The translations under genes were made by a program, and so were the position numbers. This document shows, one piece after another, positions 1 to 11,282 of a stretch of 64,000 bases of DNA. The DNA is from Nitrospirota bacterium (GTDB taxonomy: Bacteria > Nitrospirota > UBA9217): assembly GCA_963663225.1 (NCBI GenBank), contig OY760142.1, positions 2,080,001 through 2,144,000 of the forward strand, given 5' to 3'. Under the pieces are notes generated by a model that had not been told where the DNA came from, made no database searches, and was given only the letters and a program-made list of their open reading frames with translations. Position 1 is the first letter of the stretch. Each line of letters opens with the position of its first letter.

Positions 1-1
1 A

Positions 2-1405
2 ACACTAGTATCTGAAAAAGAAGCAGCACCTGTGTCCGAAGAACCAATTGCGCCTGCGGCACCGGCTGCTAAAAAAGAACGTGCTGTAGCTGAGAAAAAG
101 GCAATCCTTGGCGAGGCTGACAAATCAGTCCTCATTGGTGAAAGCAAATATACCGGCAGAAAAATTTCTCTCGACCTTCAGGACGCCGACCTGATAAACG
201 TTATGCGCCTGTTTGCCGAGGTTGCAAACCTGAATATTATTCTTGCGCCCGATGTAAAGGGCAAGGTCACCGTCCGAATGGTCAATGTTCCCTGGGACCA
301 GGCAATGGAAATCATTCTCAAAATGAACGGACTTGGCTACGTACTGGAAGATAAAATTTTGCGTATAGGAACAACAGGGGCTCTAACGAAGCAAGCAGAG
401 GATGAACTAAAAGCAAAAGAAGCAAAGAAGAAAGCGGAGGATTTAATAACTCGAATTGTTCCTATAAATTATGCCACGGCTGCAACTATTGAAACTACTA
501 TCAAGAAGTCGTTGTCACCTCGGGGTGAAACAGTGGTTGATGCAAGAACAAACACGATTATCGTAAAGGATATTGCGAAAAATGTCGAGGATGTAGTGTC
601 TCTCGTAAAAGTTCTTGATAAACCAATTGCGCAGATAATGATTGAAGCGAGAATCGTAGAAGCGTCCTTGAACTTTACAAGACAATTGGGTGTTCAGTGG
701 GGCGGATCCGCTTCAGCCAGTGCCGCAACAGGAAATCCTATTTCCGGCCTTTCCAGCGCTTCTGTCGGTGGATCAAGCCTTCTCGGCTCAACACAATCCG
801 GAAATGGCAACTGGCTTGTTAATATGCCCGCGGCAGTTGGGTCAGGAAGCGGTGGAGCCATTGCCTTTGCTTTGAGTTCGCTCAACAAGGCATACAACCT
901 TGATCTCGTTCTATCCGCCTTGGAATCGACCGGTGAAGGCAAGATTATTTCTCAGCCGAAAGTCAGCGCCTTGGACAACAAAGAGGCAAAGATAGAGCAG
1001 GGGCTTTCTATTCCGTACTCGACTACGTCGTCTTCCGGTACCCAGGTGCAGTTTATCGACGCCAAACTGATGCTTACAGTTACACCTCACGCGACGCCGG
1101 ATAATAAGATATTTTTAAAAATTCAGGCAACTAAAAATGCTCCTGATACTTCCGTTCTTGGTGCAACAGGCCAGCCTTCTATACGGAAAAACGAAGCAAC
1201 CACTGAAATTTTGCTTGCCGATGGTGAAACAGCAGTAATCGGCGGTATTCTAACTCTCGAGCGTTCAGTAACTGACAGCAGAGTTCCCTTTTTAGGCAAT
1301 ATTCCTGGACTTAGCTGGCTTTTTAAAAACACGACCACGACTGACAAGAGAGGTGAGCTGCTGATTTTCATCACACCACGGCTTGTGAAGCAGGAAGTGA
1401 TTTAG
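2..1405 (+). CDS. pilQ: Type IV pilus secretin PilQ (5' truncated by window edge)
   Basis: YTGRKISLDLQDAD STN/N-domain, IEARIVEA, secretin C-terminal signature VPFLGNIPGLSWLF...ELLIFITPR; frame is open back to position 2. Confidence 0.93.
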   Translation, partial: TLVSEKEAAPVSEEPIAPAAPAAKKERAVAEKKAILGEADKSVLIGESKYTGRKISLDLQDADLINVMRLFAEVANLNIILAPDVKGKVTVRMVNVPWDQAMEIILKMNGLGYVLEDKILRIGTTGALTKQAEDELKAKEAKKKAEDLITRIVPINYATAATIETTIKKSLSPRGETVVDARTNTIIVKDIAKNVEDVVSLVKVLDKPIAQIMIEARIVEASLNFTRQLGVQWGGSASASAATGNPISGLSSASVGGSSLLGSTQSGNGNWLVNMPAAVGSGSGGAIAFALSSLNKAYNLDLVLSALESTGEGKIISQPKVSALDNKEAKIEQGLSIPYSTTSSSGTQVQFIDAKLMLTVTPHATPDNKIFLKIQATKNAPDTSVLGATGQPSIRKNEATTEILLADGETAVIGGILTLERSVTDSRVPFLGNIPGLSWLFKNTTTTDKRGELLIFITPRLVKQEVI

Positions 1406-1524
1406 CATATGTTAAGCAAGAAATATAAAGCGTAAACGTGAAATAACTTTAAACCTACTGACTAGGCATCTATTATTTATTGCCATAGGATAACTTAAGA
1501 AAATATCATGATAGTGAGGTGAGC

Positions 1525-2004
1525 ATGCTAAAAAAAGAAATTCAAAGAAAATTACAAATTTTTTTTGGTTTAATAGTTTTAGGATTGTCCATATTTGCTA
1601 TCTATGGATGTGGTGGAGGAAGTAATACGGCGACACAGGGGTATACAATAAAAGCACTTAATTCTACCCTAGGTGCTCCCAGTGTAGGCCTTTCACCGTC
1701 GTGCTATCAACCGGTGAGTTTCCTAATCACTGATGCTTCGGGCAAAGCAGCAAGCGGTATTACTGTTCAAATACATACCGGACCAATTAATACACAAGTA
1801 GCACCATTTTCGCTGAATTCTGGCTTTTGCCCTGATGCTGTTCTCTCTCCGTTTTCCGATATCACTATGAAATCTGACGATAATGGAGTCGTTGCAATTG
1901 AATTTTTGGTAGACGCGACTACAACGGGCACGGAGTTTTTTATTGATGTGTCTTCAGGCGCTGCGACGCCTGCAGAACTTAAAACAGCAGCTTCTGTAAC
2001 GTAA
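1525..2004 (+). CDS. Hypothetical lipoprotein with possible Ig-like (Big_1-like) domain
   Basis: Basic N-terminus, hydrophobic stretch, lipobox IYGC; ITDASGKAASGITV and SDDNGVVAIEF resemble Big_1 motifs; RBS GAGGTG. Confidence 0.6.
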   Translation: MLKKEIQRKLQIFFGLIVLGLSIFAIYGCGGGSNTATQGYTIKALNSTLGAPSVGLSPSCYQPVSFLITDASGKAASGITVQIHTGPINTQVAPFSLNSGFCPDAVLSPFSDITMKSDDNGVVAIEFLVDATTTGTEFFIDVSSGAATPAELKTAASVT

Positions 2005-2057
2005 GGGACTACTTGTAAGTTACCCGCAGCTATAAACAATATGGGATTTACAAATAT

Positions 2058-2094
2058 AAAAATTGGCAGGGCACAAATGTCCTGCCAATTTTTT
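2058..2094. terminator. Rho-independent terminator, possibly bidirectional
   Basis: AAAAATTGGCAGGGCA-caaa-TGTCCTGCCAATTTTTT hairpin with A and T tails. Confidence 0.8.
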
Positions 2095-2195
2095 AACAGG
2101 TTTATTAAAAAACAGAAGTAATATGTTCAAAGATTTATAGTTACAGTGACATAATCAGCCTAGTAATGCGTTGATGAGCGCGGCACCCTGCGAAT

Positions 2196-3578
2196 ATGAG
2201 ACCTTCTGTCCTTCAACTCATACTTGAGTTTCTTACCCCTCACAATCTTTTATCGAAACTGAATCTTACCGGAAAAATGCTTTTAGGATACTTCACTCTT
2301 GTGGCGTTGACCATTGGAGTGGTGGTTTACGTTCTCATGAGCTTGTATCGCCTGAATCATTTAAACAAGGTAATTGTTAAGGGTTATGTGCCTGTCTATG
2401 AAATTTCAGACAAAATGTTGGATGTTTTTAGCGACCAGGATACGTATGAAAAGCGGTACCTGATTCTTCGGGAAAAAAGCATCAATGCTCTCTTCTGGGA
2501 GCGTGCCGATGAATTTAAAAATCTTTCAAGTCGTCTTAAGAAACTGCCGGATACCGCGGGATTTCCTCTTGAGAAAATAGACAAGCTGCATGCCCAATAT
2601 AACAATTTTTTCACTAATGAGGTCAGGCTGTCACAGTCTCACAATATGCAAGAGGCTAGGTTGCTATCTGACACAAAGCTGAAAGGTACTTTTGAGGAAT
2701 TGGTAAAGGTGCTTCGCAGCATGTCCCTTGAGGCTCAAACGTCCCGCGATGTCATGATGAACCGAATCAGCGATGTGGGGACCACGACGTACTATACCAC
2801 CATGGTACTTTGCCTTTTGAGCGTTCTCCTCGGCACGCTGTTCGGTCTTCTTATAACGCGTAATATTTATATTTCAATCAATAAACTTCACAAAGCCACC
2901 ACGCAGATTGCCGAGGGCAATTTCCAGTACGATCCGGGCGTCAAAGCGGAGGACGAAATAGGTGACCTGGCCCGGGCTTTTCTCGACATGGGAAAGCGCC
3001 TTAAAAAACTGGAGGAAATGTATCTGGACGCCAGTCCGCTAACCCGTCTGCCCGGTGGTGTCGCCGTGGAAAGCGTCATGAACAGCCGGCTGGCATCAGG
3101 AGTGCCAGTGGCGTTCTGCGTGCTTGACCTGGATAATTTTAAAGTTTTTAACGATCACTATGGATATGCCCGGGGAAACGAGGTAATCAAAGAAACCGCA
3201 AGAATTGTTGAAACCGCCTCGAAAACAAAAGGATCACCGAATGATTTTGTAGGGCACATCGACGGAGATGATTTCGTGGTGATCACCACTCCTGCCGCTA
3301 TGAAATCCGTTTGCTCCGAAATCATCAGGGTGTTCGATGAGCGCGCTCCCGGTTTTTACGATCTGAAGGATAGGGAGCGTGGCACTATCCGGGGGAAAAA
3401 CAGACAGGGACAGGAAATGGATTTTCCTCTTCTCAGTGTTTCTATTGCTGCGGTAACAAATGAGCAACGTACTTTTGTGAACACGCTCGAAGCTTCAACA
3501 GTGGCCGCTGAGCTGAAAGATTACGCAAAAACCATTCCGTCAAGCGTGTTTGTTGTGGACAAGAGGCGAACGGGATAA
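2196..3578 (+). CDS. Membrane-bound HAMP-GGDEF diguanylate cyclase-like protein
   Basis: Two TM helices around a periplasmic helical domain, HAMP (DEIGDLARAF), DLDNFKVFNDHYG, active site reads HIDGDDF. Confidence 0.88.
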   Translation: MRPSVLQLILEFLTPHNLLSKLNLTGKMLLGYFTLVALTIGVVVYVLMSLYRLNHLNKVIVKGYVPVYEISDKMLDVFSDQDTYEKRYLILREKSINALFWERADEFKNLSSRLKKLPDTAGFPLEKIDKLHAQYNNFFTNEVRLSQSHNMQEARLLSDTKLKGTFEELVKVLRSMSLEAQTSRDVMMNRISDVGTTTYYTTMVLCLLSVLLGTLFGLLITRNIYISINKLHKATTQIAEGNFQYDPGVKAEDEIGDLARAFLDMGKRLKKLEEMYLDASPLTRLPGGVAVESVMNSRLASGVPVAFCVLDLDNFKVFNDHYGYARGNEVIKETARIVETASKTKGSPNDFVGHIDGDDFVVITTPAAMKSVCSEIIRVFDERAPGFYDLKDRERGTIRGKNRQGQEMDFPLLSVSIAAVTNEQRTFVNTLEASTVAAELKDYAKTIPSSVFVVDKRRTG

Positions 3579-3680
3579 ACGTTCGGAAACATAGGGCCAA
3601 ATCACACTCCGATATATTCAGCTCATGCATCTTTCCAGAATTTCCTTTGGCCGGACAACCATTTCAGCATACATAAGTAT

Positions 3681-5042
3681 TTATCGGGCAGTTTTTTTAC
3701 GAGGTTTGCGGGGTTGTTCTTCCCGCCTTCTTTTTGCAAAAACGCGGACAGGAGTCCCGAAGAACCCAAATGACTGACGGAGTCCATTTTCGATGTAGCG
3801 GATATAGGAAAAGTGGACTCCGAGCGGATAATTTGCAAAGACAATAAAAGTAGGCGGTTTGATGCCGACTTGCGTGATATAGTAGTATTTAACGCGCTTG
3901 CCGCGGTAAAGCGGCGGTTCATGCCCAGCGACGAGTTTCTCGAAAATTTTGTTCAGCTCGGATGTCGGAACCCTGCGGCGCGTTTCCTCCATCACCTTGT
4001 CTATTTCTGCAAAGACTTTTGTAACACGCTGGCGGGTGACTGCGGATATGGTGAGCACCGGAGCATAATCCGCAAATTTGAGCCGCTGCTGAACAGCGGC
4101 GATAAACTGTTTGTACCGTTCTTCCTTGTCCGTTAGCAAGTCCCATTTGTTCAGAACGATGATAATGCCCTTTCCTGCTTCATGGGCCAGGCCGACAATG
4201 CGTTCGTCCTGCTCGGTAATGCCTTCCACTGAATCAATGAGTACGAGCGCCACGTCCGCTCTACTGATGCTTTTCATGGCGCGCATGACGCTGTATTTTT
4301 CCACACCCTGACTGATTTTGCCCCGGCTCCTGATTCCCGCTGTGTCGACGAGGATATATTTTTTACCATAGTATTGGTAAACGGTATCGATGGCGTCCCG
4401 GGTGGTCCCAGCCGCAGGACTCACAATCATCCGGTCTGCACCAAGGAGAGCGTTTACGAAAGAAGATTTTCCTACATTCGGCCGTCCAATAATCGCTATT
4501 CTCGGCAGCGGTTCAGCTTCCTGCTTTTCCGGATTTAAAACGGGCTCCGGCAGAAAACGGGAAAGTTCGTCCATAAGGTCCGAAAAACCCTGTCCATGTT
4601 GGGCTGACACGGTGAAGAGTGCCTCTGTGCCGAGACGATAAAAATCCGGTATGAGTGCTTCATGTCGTTCGCCATCCACTTTATTCACCGCGTAGATAAC
4701 TGGTTTGCCCGATGCCCGGAGGCGCTGCGCTACTTCCACGTCGGCAGGGAGAAGGCCCTGGCGGCAGTCCATAAGAAAGATGATGATATCAGCTTCCTCT
4801 ACGGCGAGCGTGGTTTGATCCCGCATTTTCGAATACATGGGATCATCGCTTTTCGGTTCAAAACCGCCGGTATCCACAAGAAGAAAACGTTTATGCTCCC
4901 ACTTCGCCTCTGCGTAATTGCGATCGCGCGTAACGCCGGGCATATCTTCAACGATAGCGAGTTCTCTGCCGATAATACGGTTGAACAGCGTCGATTTTCC
5001 GACATTTGGTCGGCCAACTATGGCAACAATCGGACTTGGCAT
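3681..5042 (-). CDS. der: Ribosome biogenesis GTPase Der (EngA)
   Basis: Two tandem GRPNVGKS P-loops, DTGG/DTAG, NKVD/NKWD, KH-like C-terminus. Confidence 0.97.
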   Translation of the reverse strand: MPSPIVAIVGRPNVGKSTLFNRIIGRELAIVEDMPGVTRDRNYAEAKWEHKRFLLVDTGGFEPKSDDPMYSKMRDQTTLAVEEADIIIFLMDCRQGLLPADVEVAQRLRASGKPVIYAVNKVDGERHEALIPDFYRLGTEALFTVSAQHGQGFSDLMDELSRFLPEPVLNPEKQEAEPLPRIAIIGRPNVGKSSFVNALLGADRMIVSPAAGTTRDAIDTVYQYYGKKYILVDTAGIRSRGKISQGVEKYSVMRAMKSISRADVALVLIDSVEGITEQDERIVGLAHEAGKGIIIVLNKWDLLTDKEERYKQFIAAVQQRLKFADYAPVLTISAVTRQRVTKVFAEIDKVMEETRRRVPTSELNKIFEKLVAGHEPPLYRGKRVKYYYITQVGIKPPTFIVFANYPLGVHFSYIRYIENGLRQSFGFFGTPVRVFAKRRREEQPRKPRKKTAR

Positions 5043-5252
5043 ATGTATGTGAGAACTCCGAATTCAAAACAGTGCATAAAAAAATATATTCAAAAAAATT
5101 TTTGAAAAGAAAAGGAATCATTACTCAAAACGAAGGAAATTTGTACGAGTAACAGTTGCACTATAGCATGGCCAAGCGTATCAGTTCAAGAAAAAACCTT
5201 GCGAAGAGGTTGTATTTATGCTATTTTCTGCCAGATTCTCCTAGGAGGGCGC

Positions 5253-5777
5253 GTGCACAAAATTGCATCAATAGTCGTATGCATTGTGTTGTTTTCTCTG
5301 TCATCCGTCTGGGCGGACTTCTATCGATACGTGGACAGAGACGGCCGGGAATTTTTCACGAATGACTTGAAGCAAGTACCGCCGGAATACCGCAGCAGCG
5401 CGACACAGGTCAAACCCGATGCCGGCAGAGTGAATATGTCCGAAAGTACGCCAGCCGAGACCGGGAAACTGCGCAACTCATCAAAACAGCATAAAGATAA
5501 ATATGGCCGGGGCGAGGAATATTGGAAAAAGAAAGCGGAAAAACTCCGCACAAAGCTGCGCGACCAGCAGAGCGAGTACGATTTTGTGCAGAAACAGCTG
5601 GATGACCAGAGCACGCCGACGGAAGGAAGTCTTAAAAAGAAGAAGAACCGCACAAGCCTTGAGAAGAAAAAGTTAAAACTTGAACACAGCATAGCGCAAA
5701 CCAAACGCAAGCTGGATGTAGACCTCCCCGAGGAGGCCCGCAAGGCAGATGCCTATCCTGGATGGATCAGAGAATGA
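5253..5777 (+). CDS. Secreted DUF4124-domain protein
   Basis: Signal peptide ending VWA, then DFYRYVDRDGREFFTN, then coiled coil; GTG start after AGGAGG. Confidence 0.75.
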   Translation: MHKIASIVVCIVLFSLSSVWADFYRYVDRDGREFFTNDLKQVPPEYRSSATQVKPDAGRVNMSESTPAETGKLRNSSKQHKDKYGRGEEYWKKKAEKLRTKLRDQQSEYDFVQKQLDDQSTPTEGSLKKKKNRTSLEKKKLKLEHSIAQTKRKLDVDLPEEARKADAYPGWIRE

Positions 5778-5886
5778 TTACCCGGAATGAGATGCAAAAA
5801 GAAAACAGGTGACCCGGCTGCGACGCAGCTCCCTGCGCTGCATAGAGGAAAAGCTGATATTCCGGAATCATGCGGAGCTCCGTAGT

Positions 5887-6561
5887 ATGAAAAAAATTGT
5901 AATTGCCCGGAACATTCTGCACGTCCTTGGCGCGCCCTCTACGATTTTCGGACGGGGAACCATTACCACGTATCCAGCGCGAACTTCTGAAGAGATCCTG
6001 AATATCCACGGCCTCCGCAAGGCGGATCTTATTATTACCGATGCCACCCTGCCGATTATGGGCGCCGTCAATCTTTGTGCCGCAATACGGAACGACCCGA
6101 CGCTTAGAAATGTTTCCATTATAGTGGCCAGCGACAAGGCGGATGATCTCTCGGCGCAGTGGCGTGAAGCAGGGGCCAATGCAGTGATAGGGAAACCGGT
6201 GGAAGCGGCCCAGCTTTTTTTTAAAATATCGGAATTGCTGGTAATACCGCAACGGAAGGACCTGCGGGTGCCTTTGCATGTGGCGGTGAAGAGCCGCGGA
6301 AAGAAAGCCGCCTTTGCCGCCGTCAGCCAGAACATCAGTATTTCCGGCATTCTGATCGAAACTGATTTGCCATTGCAAAAAGGGGACCGGCTGGCGTGTG
6401 TATTCAACATTGCGCATAGTGAAGTCCAGATGGAAGGACTTGTCACCCGCGCGGACACGGGCCCGTCGGGGAAACAGCTGTATGGAGTGCTGTTTCAAAA
6501 TGCAGCTACAAAATCCCTGGTTATCATAGAGCATTTTATCAAGCAGCAGATAAAGCAATAA
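5887..6561 (+). CDS. Receiver-like domain + PilZ domain protein
   Basis: DLIITD...GANAVIGKP receiver motifs; PilZ motifs RKDLR and NISISG. Confidence 0.82.
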   Translation: MKKIVIARNILHVLGAPSTIFGRGTITTYPARTSEEILNIHGLRKADLIITDATLPIMGAVNLCAAIRNDPTLRNVSIIVASDKADDLSAQWREAGANAVIGKPVEAAQLFFKISELLVIPQRKDLRVPLHVAVKSRGKKAAFAAVSQNISISGILIETDLPLQKGDRLACVFNIAHSEVQMEGLVTRADTGPSGKQLYGVLFQNAATKSLVIIEHFIKQQIKQ

Positions 6562-6604
6562 TATCCTGCGCATGCAGTACCCGCAGGTTTCACCGGAGGT
6601 TTTT

Positions 6605-9079
6605 TTGGACGAACGCTATGATTTTAAAAAAATAGAAGAACGATGGCAGCGCACATGGCAGGAGTCGAAAACATTCAAGGTATCCGAGGATGCCTCGAAG
6701 AAGAAATACTACTGTCTTGAGATGTTTCCGTATCCTTCGGGCAGGATTCATATGGGGCATGTCCGGAATTACGCCATTGGTGACGTCGTATCGCGCTATA
6801 AGCGGATGCAAGGGTTTAATGTGCTGCACCCCATGGGATGGGACTCCTTCGGCCTGCCTGCCGAAAATGCCGCTATACAGCACGGCATCCACCCTTCGAA
6901 GTGGACCCTTGAAAACATTGCCTTTATGCGGGACAAGCAGCTCAAGCGGCTCGGCCTCTCCTATGACTGGGACCGGGAGGTGACGACCTGCCTGGAAGAC
7001 TACTACCGCTGGAACCAGTGGTTCTTTATTAAAATGTACGAACGCGGTTTGGCCTATAAGAAACGGTCCTATGTAAACTGGTGTCCTGCCTGTGCAACCG
7101 TTCTTGCGAACGAACAGGTGGAGGACGGCCTGTGTTGGCGCTGCAGTTCCGTCGTCGCCCATAAGGAACTCGAACAATGGTTTTTCAAGATTACCGCGTA
7201 TGCAGAAGAGCTTCTCTCCTGCTGCGACAAACTCTCCGGCTGGCCGGAGCGCGTGTTGACAATGCAGAAAAACTGGATCGGAAAATCCACGGGCGTCGAA
7301 GTCGATTTCCCGGTTGAGGGAACCGGAGAGCGCCTGAAGATTTTTACAACTCGTCCGGACACGCTGTTCGGGGTTACGTTCATGAGTATTGCGCCCGAGC
7401 ACCCCATGCTTGAGTCCCTCATCAAAGGCAGGCAGGAGGCCGAGAGCGTCCATGCTTTCGTGCAGCGTGTGCTGCGTGAAGACAAGGCTGCTCGCACTGA
7501 CGAGAAACGGGCAAAAGAAGGTGTGTTTACCGGAGCCTATGCGATCAACCCGCTGAACAACGACAGGATCCCGGTCTGGGTGGGCAATTTTGTGCTTATG
7601 GAGTATGGAACCGGTGCGATCATGTCCGTGCCGGCCCATGACCAGCGCGACTTCGATTTTGCAAAGAAGTATGGTTTGCCTGTTCGTATCGTGATCCAGA
7701 ATTCCGGGAAAAACCTGATGCCGGAGACCATGCAGGAAGCTTATATTCTTGACGGCACTCTGGTTAATTCAGGCAAATTCGACGGGCTTCCGAATACGGA
7801 TGCGCAGTCGAAGATTGCGGATTATGTGCAGGAAGCAAAACTCGGCAAACGCACGGTGAACTGGCGGCTCCGCGACTGGGGCATTTCACGGCAGCGCTAC
7901 TGGGGGACCCCCATACCGATTATTTACTGCGATACCTGCGGCGCGGTTCCCGTGCCGGAAAAAGGCCTTCCGGTGAGATTGCCGGTTGATGTGGAACTGA
8001 CCGGGAAGGGAAGGTCGCCTCTTGCCGAGTCAAAATCCTTCAGGGAAACAACCTGTCCAGCATGCGGCGGCACGGCTCACCGCGAGACGGACACCATGGA
8101 CACGTTTGTTGATTCGTCATGGTATTTTCTCCGCTATTGCTCTCCCCAGGCGGGCACGGCTCCGTTCGATAAAAAGGCAGCCGGCTACTGGATGAATGTG
8201 GACCAGTACATCGGGGGCATTGAACATGCGGTGCTGCACCTTCTGTATGCCAGATTTTTCACCAAAGTGATTCGCGATCTTGGTCTTTACGACGGCGACG
8301 AACCGTTCCAGAACTTGCTTACCCAGGGCATGGTCATCAAGGACGGGGCCAAGATGAGCAAGTCCAAAGGGAATGTCGTTGATCCGGATTTTATTCTTTC
8401 TAAATACGGCGCGGACACGGCCCGGCTCTTTTCGCTCTTTGCCGCTCCGCCTGAACGCGACCTTGACTGGAGCGACCAGGGAGTGGAAGGTGCATACCGT
8501 TTTCTGCATCGCGTTTGGGCTATAATTCACAAGCACAGTGCGGCGCTCCAGCATGCGAAACCAGCGGGTCCCGAAGCCCGGGGCGACCGGCTTTACCGCA
8601 AAACCCATCTCACGATCAAAAAAGTCACGGAAGACATAGAACGCGAGTTCCATTTCAACACGGCTATCGCGGCCATGATGGAAATGGTGAATGAAATGTA
8701 TGATTATACGGCGGCCGGGAACCTGGACCCCAAACAGGTGACCGTGCTGAGGTCAGCCGTCCAGGCATTGACACTGCTCATGGCGCCGTTTGCTCCCCAT
8801 TTTGCCGAGGAGATCTGGGAGGCGCTCGGAAATAAAGGAGGCGTTGCAAATACCCCTTGGCCGGAGTATGACCACGAGGCAATTATTGCGTCGGAGATTA
8901 CCGTTGTCGTGCAGGTAAACGGCAAGGTAAGAAGCAAACTTACACTGCCTGCAGGAGCTTCAACGCAGGACATCGAATCAGCAGCCCTGGCAGATCAGAA
9001 AGTAAGGGAGTTTATGGCGGGCAAGACGCCGAAAAAAGTCATTGTAGTCCAGGGGAAGCTGGTGAATATTGTCGTATAG
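6605..9079 (+). CDS. leuS: Leucine--tRNA ligase
   Basis: MFPYPSG, HMGH, KMSKS motifs; TTG start after GGAGG preferred over ATG at 6572. Confidence 0.97.
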   Translation: MDERYDFKKIEERWQRTWQESKTFKVSEDASKKKYYCLEMFPYPSGRIHMGHVRNYAIGDVVSRYKRMQGFNVLHPMGWDSFGLPAENAAIQHGIHPSKWTLENIAFMRDKQLKRLGLSYDWDREVTTCLEDYYRWNQWFFIKMYERGLAYKKRSYVNWCPACATVLANEQVEDGLCWRCSSVVAHKELEQWFFKITAYAEELLSCCDKLSGWPERVLTMQKNWIGKSTGVEVDFPVEGTGERLKIFTTRPDTLFGVTFMSIAPEHPMLESLIKGRQEAESVHAFVQRVLREDKAARTDEKRAKEGVFTGAYAINPLNNDRIPVWVGNFVLMEYGTGAIMSVPAHDQRDFDFAKKYGLPVRIVIQNSGKNLMPETMQEAYILDGTLVNSGKFDGLPNTDAQSKIADYVQEAKLGKRTVNWRLRDWGISRQRYWGTPIPIIYCDTCGAVPVPEKGLPVRLPVDVELTGKGRSPLAESKSFRETTCPACGGTAHRETDTMDTFVDSSWYFLRYCSPQAGTAPFDKKAAGYWMNVDQYIGGIEHAVLHLLYARFFTKVIRDLGLYDGDEPFQNLLTQGMVIKDGAKMSKSKGNVVDPDFILSKYGADTARLFSLFAAPPERDLDWSDQGVEGAYRFLHRVWAIIHKHSAALQHAKPAGPEARGDRLYRKTHLTIKKVTEDIEREFHFNTAIAAMMEMVNEMYDYTAAGNLDPKQVTVLRSAVQALTLLMAPFAPHFAEEIWEALGNKGGVANTPWPEYDHEAIIASEITVVVQVNGKVRSKLTLPAGASTQDIESAALADQKVREFMAGKTPKKVIVVQGKLVNIVV

Positions 9080-9177
9080 AAGCAACTACTGCAATCTGAG
9101 CGGGAAGTAACTGCACCGAAAAGATGTTGCCGTGCGGGGCGGCTTTTTCCGAATTCTGAAACTTTTTTATTCCGGAG

Positions 9178-9723
9178 ATGAAGCACATGCAGAAACATTC
9201 AAGAACCAAAATCACGGCTGTTTTACTGACGCTGTTTATGATTATGTCGGCCTGCGGCTACCGATTGACGCCGGTGGGAGGCGTTGTGCCGGAACAGGCG
9301 AGAACCATTGCCATTCCGGTGTTTCAGAACGGGACAAATGAACCATACCTGGATACGCTGCTGACCCAGGCCACGGTGGAAGAGTTCCTTGCGGACGGCA
9401 GACTGAAGGTGGTTGTTCCCGATGATGCGGATCTTATCCTGCGCTGCCGAATAACTAAATTTGACATGACCCCCACTGCCTACACTGCCAATTCCTATGT
9501 TCAGACGTATAATCTCGGCGTTACGCTGAACCTGACGCTCGAAGACACGAAAACAAGAAAAATATTGCTGACAGAAAAGAATCTCAATCTGCTCTTTATC
9601 TCTTCCTATCCGGTGACTCTGGGGGACATCGCAGCCACAAAGATCGCAAAGGAAGGAGCTCTGCGAAACGCAAGCAAAGACATTGCTTCAACCATTCGGA
9701 GCAAAGTACTGGAGGGCTTTTAA
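9178..9723 (+). CDS. lptE: LPS assembly lipoprotein LptE family
   Basis: Lipobox SACGY; position in the conserved leuS-lptE-holA order. Confidence 0.8.
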   Translation: MKHMQKHSRTKITAVLLTLFMIMSACGYRLTPVGGVVPEQARTIAIPVFQNGTNEPYLDTLLTQATVEEFLADGRLKVVVPDDADLILRCRITKFDMTPTAYTANSYVQTYNLGVTLNLTLEDTKTRKILLTEKNLNLLFISSYPVTLGDIAATKIAKEGALRNASKDIASTIRSKVLEGF

Positions 9724-9754
9724 TTTTTTGCATCGTGAACACGATTAACCTACC

Positions 9755-10774
9755 ATGACTAAATACGTTGACTTAATGCGCAGTCTTAAACAGGGCAGCA
9801 TCCTTCCGCTGTACTTGTTTTTTGGTGAAGAAGAATTTCTTATCCAGGAGGCGCTTGACCTGCTTGTCAGGCGCGTCGTCAATCCTGATGTTAGAGATTT
9901 TAACTTTTCTCTGATCTATTGCCGCGACACCTCTGCTTCCGAACTGGTAGCCCTAGCCCAGACCCTTCCTTTTTTGACTGAAAAACGACTTGTTATTGCA
10001 AAGGAAATTGACGCCTTCAAGGCGGCTGACCTTGAAGAACTGATACCGTATCTTAATAATCCTTCACCAAGTACCTGCCTCGTGCTGGTGTCTAATCAGG
10101 CCCGGTATGAGAAAAAACCCGTGCTCAATGCCGTGGAGACCCATGGAGCGGTAACAAGATTTTTCCCTCTCCTGGACCGGGAAATTATCGTCTGGATCAA
10201 CGATTGGGCATCAGCGCGCAAATTATCGTTAGAACGCGATGCGGGCCAGTATCTCTCGCAAATAACCGGCAATGATCTCCAGAAGATAAAAAATGAGCTC
10301 GAAAAAGTAGAAATTTTTATAAAAGAGAAAAAGACAATTACCGTTGATGACGTCAAAACGGTCGTGGGAGATTTCCGGGAATACAGCACGTTTGATCTGG
10401 CAACAGCATTAGGGCAGAAAAACAGGGAAAAGGCTTTCTTGATCCTTTCGCGGTTGATTCAGGAAGGGGAGCAGCCGGTGGGGCTGCTTGGCGCAATTGC
10501 GTGGAACTTTCGAAGGCTTATGCGCGCCAAAGCCCTCGAGGCCTCCGGGATCAGCTACGAGGAAATCAAGAAAAAGCTGCAGATTATTTTCCATCAATCA
10601 TTTTCTTTTCAGGAACAGATGCGGCATTTCAGCATGGAGGAACTGCGTGCGGTGTTCGACATCCTTCTGACGGCGGACAAGGCGCTCAAGTCAGGCAGTT
10701 TGAACAATCGGCTGGTGCTTGAACGGTTGATTTTGAAGCTGTGCGGAGAGCAGAGCGTAGTGTCGAGGAGTTGA
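9755..10774 (+). CDS. holA: DNA polymerase III subunit delta
   Basis: LYLFFGEEEFL, LPFLTEKRLV, NELEKV, ADKALKSG; synteny with leuS and rpsT. Confidence 0.92.
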   Translation: MTKYVDLMRSLKQGSILPLYLFFGEEEFLIQEALDLLVRRVVNPDVRDFNFSLIYCRDTSASELVALAQTLPFLTEKRLVIAKEIDAFKAADLEELIPYLNNPSPSTCLVLVSNQARYEKKPVLNAVETHGAVTRFFPLLDREIIVWINDWASARKLSLERDAGQYLSQITGNDLQKIKNELEKVEIFIKEKKTITVDDVKTVVGDFREYSTFDLATALGQKNREKAFLILSRLIQEGEQPVGLLGAIAWNFRRLMRAKALEASGISYEEIKKKLQIIFHQSFSFQEQMRHFSMEELRAVFDILLTADKALKSGSLNNRLVLERLILKLCGEQSVVSRS

Positions 10775-10871
10775 AACACCGGAGATTAGAGGATAAGAGG
10801 GTACGTTCAAAGACTATCGTGTTGCGCAAGCCTTCTCCACCTCTAATCTGTTCATGAGTGCAGGTATGCTA

Positions 10872-11141
10872 CTAGGCCGCGGTAATCTTGCTGACCTTGG
10901 TTGATAGGCGGGATATCTTCCGGGAGGCGGTGCTTTTATGCAGAATCCCCTGGGATGCGGCCTTATCATACGCTTTCATGGCTTTGACCATGGCGTCTTT
11001 TGCTGCTTCCGCGTTTTTTGATTCAACTGCCTGCTCGACCTTCTTTGCAAGGGTCTTGAGCGCGGATTTCACGGAATTATTGATAAGGTGCTTTTTTTCT
11101 GCCTGTTTCTGCCTTTTGATTGCTGATTTGTGCGTTGCCAC
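10872..11141 (-). CDS. rpsT: 30S ribosomal protein S20
   Basis: ATHKSAIKR...DKAASQGILHKSTASRKISRL; GTG start after GGAGG. Confidence 0.95.
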   Translation of the reverse strand: MATHKSAIKRQKQAEKKHLINNSVKSALKTLAKKVEQAVESKNAEAAKDAMVKAMKAYDKAASQGILHKSTASRKISRLSTKVSKITAA

Positions 11142-11282
11142 TTCGTAGGCCTCCTTAAATTTAAAAACAGATATGTCTTTTAACATAAAGAACGGTTGGG
11201 TGTCAAGAAAAAAAACCTTTTCTTACCGGGTGTTTTCTGGTAAAGTTACCACTTATTTTTGACTTGTCAGAGGTAGAACAGC

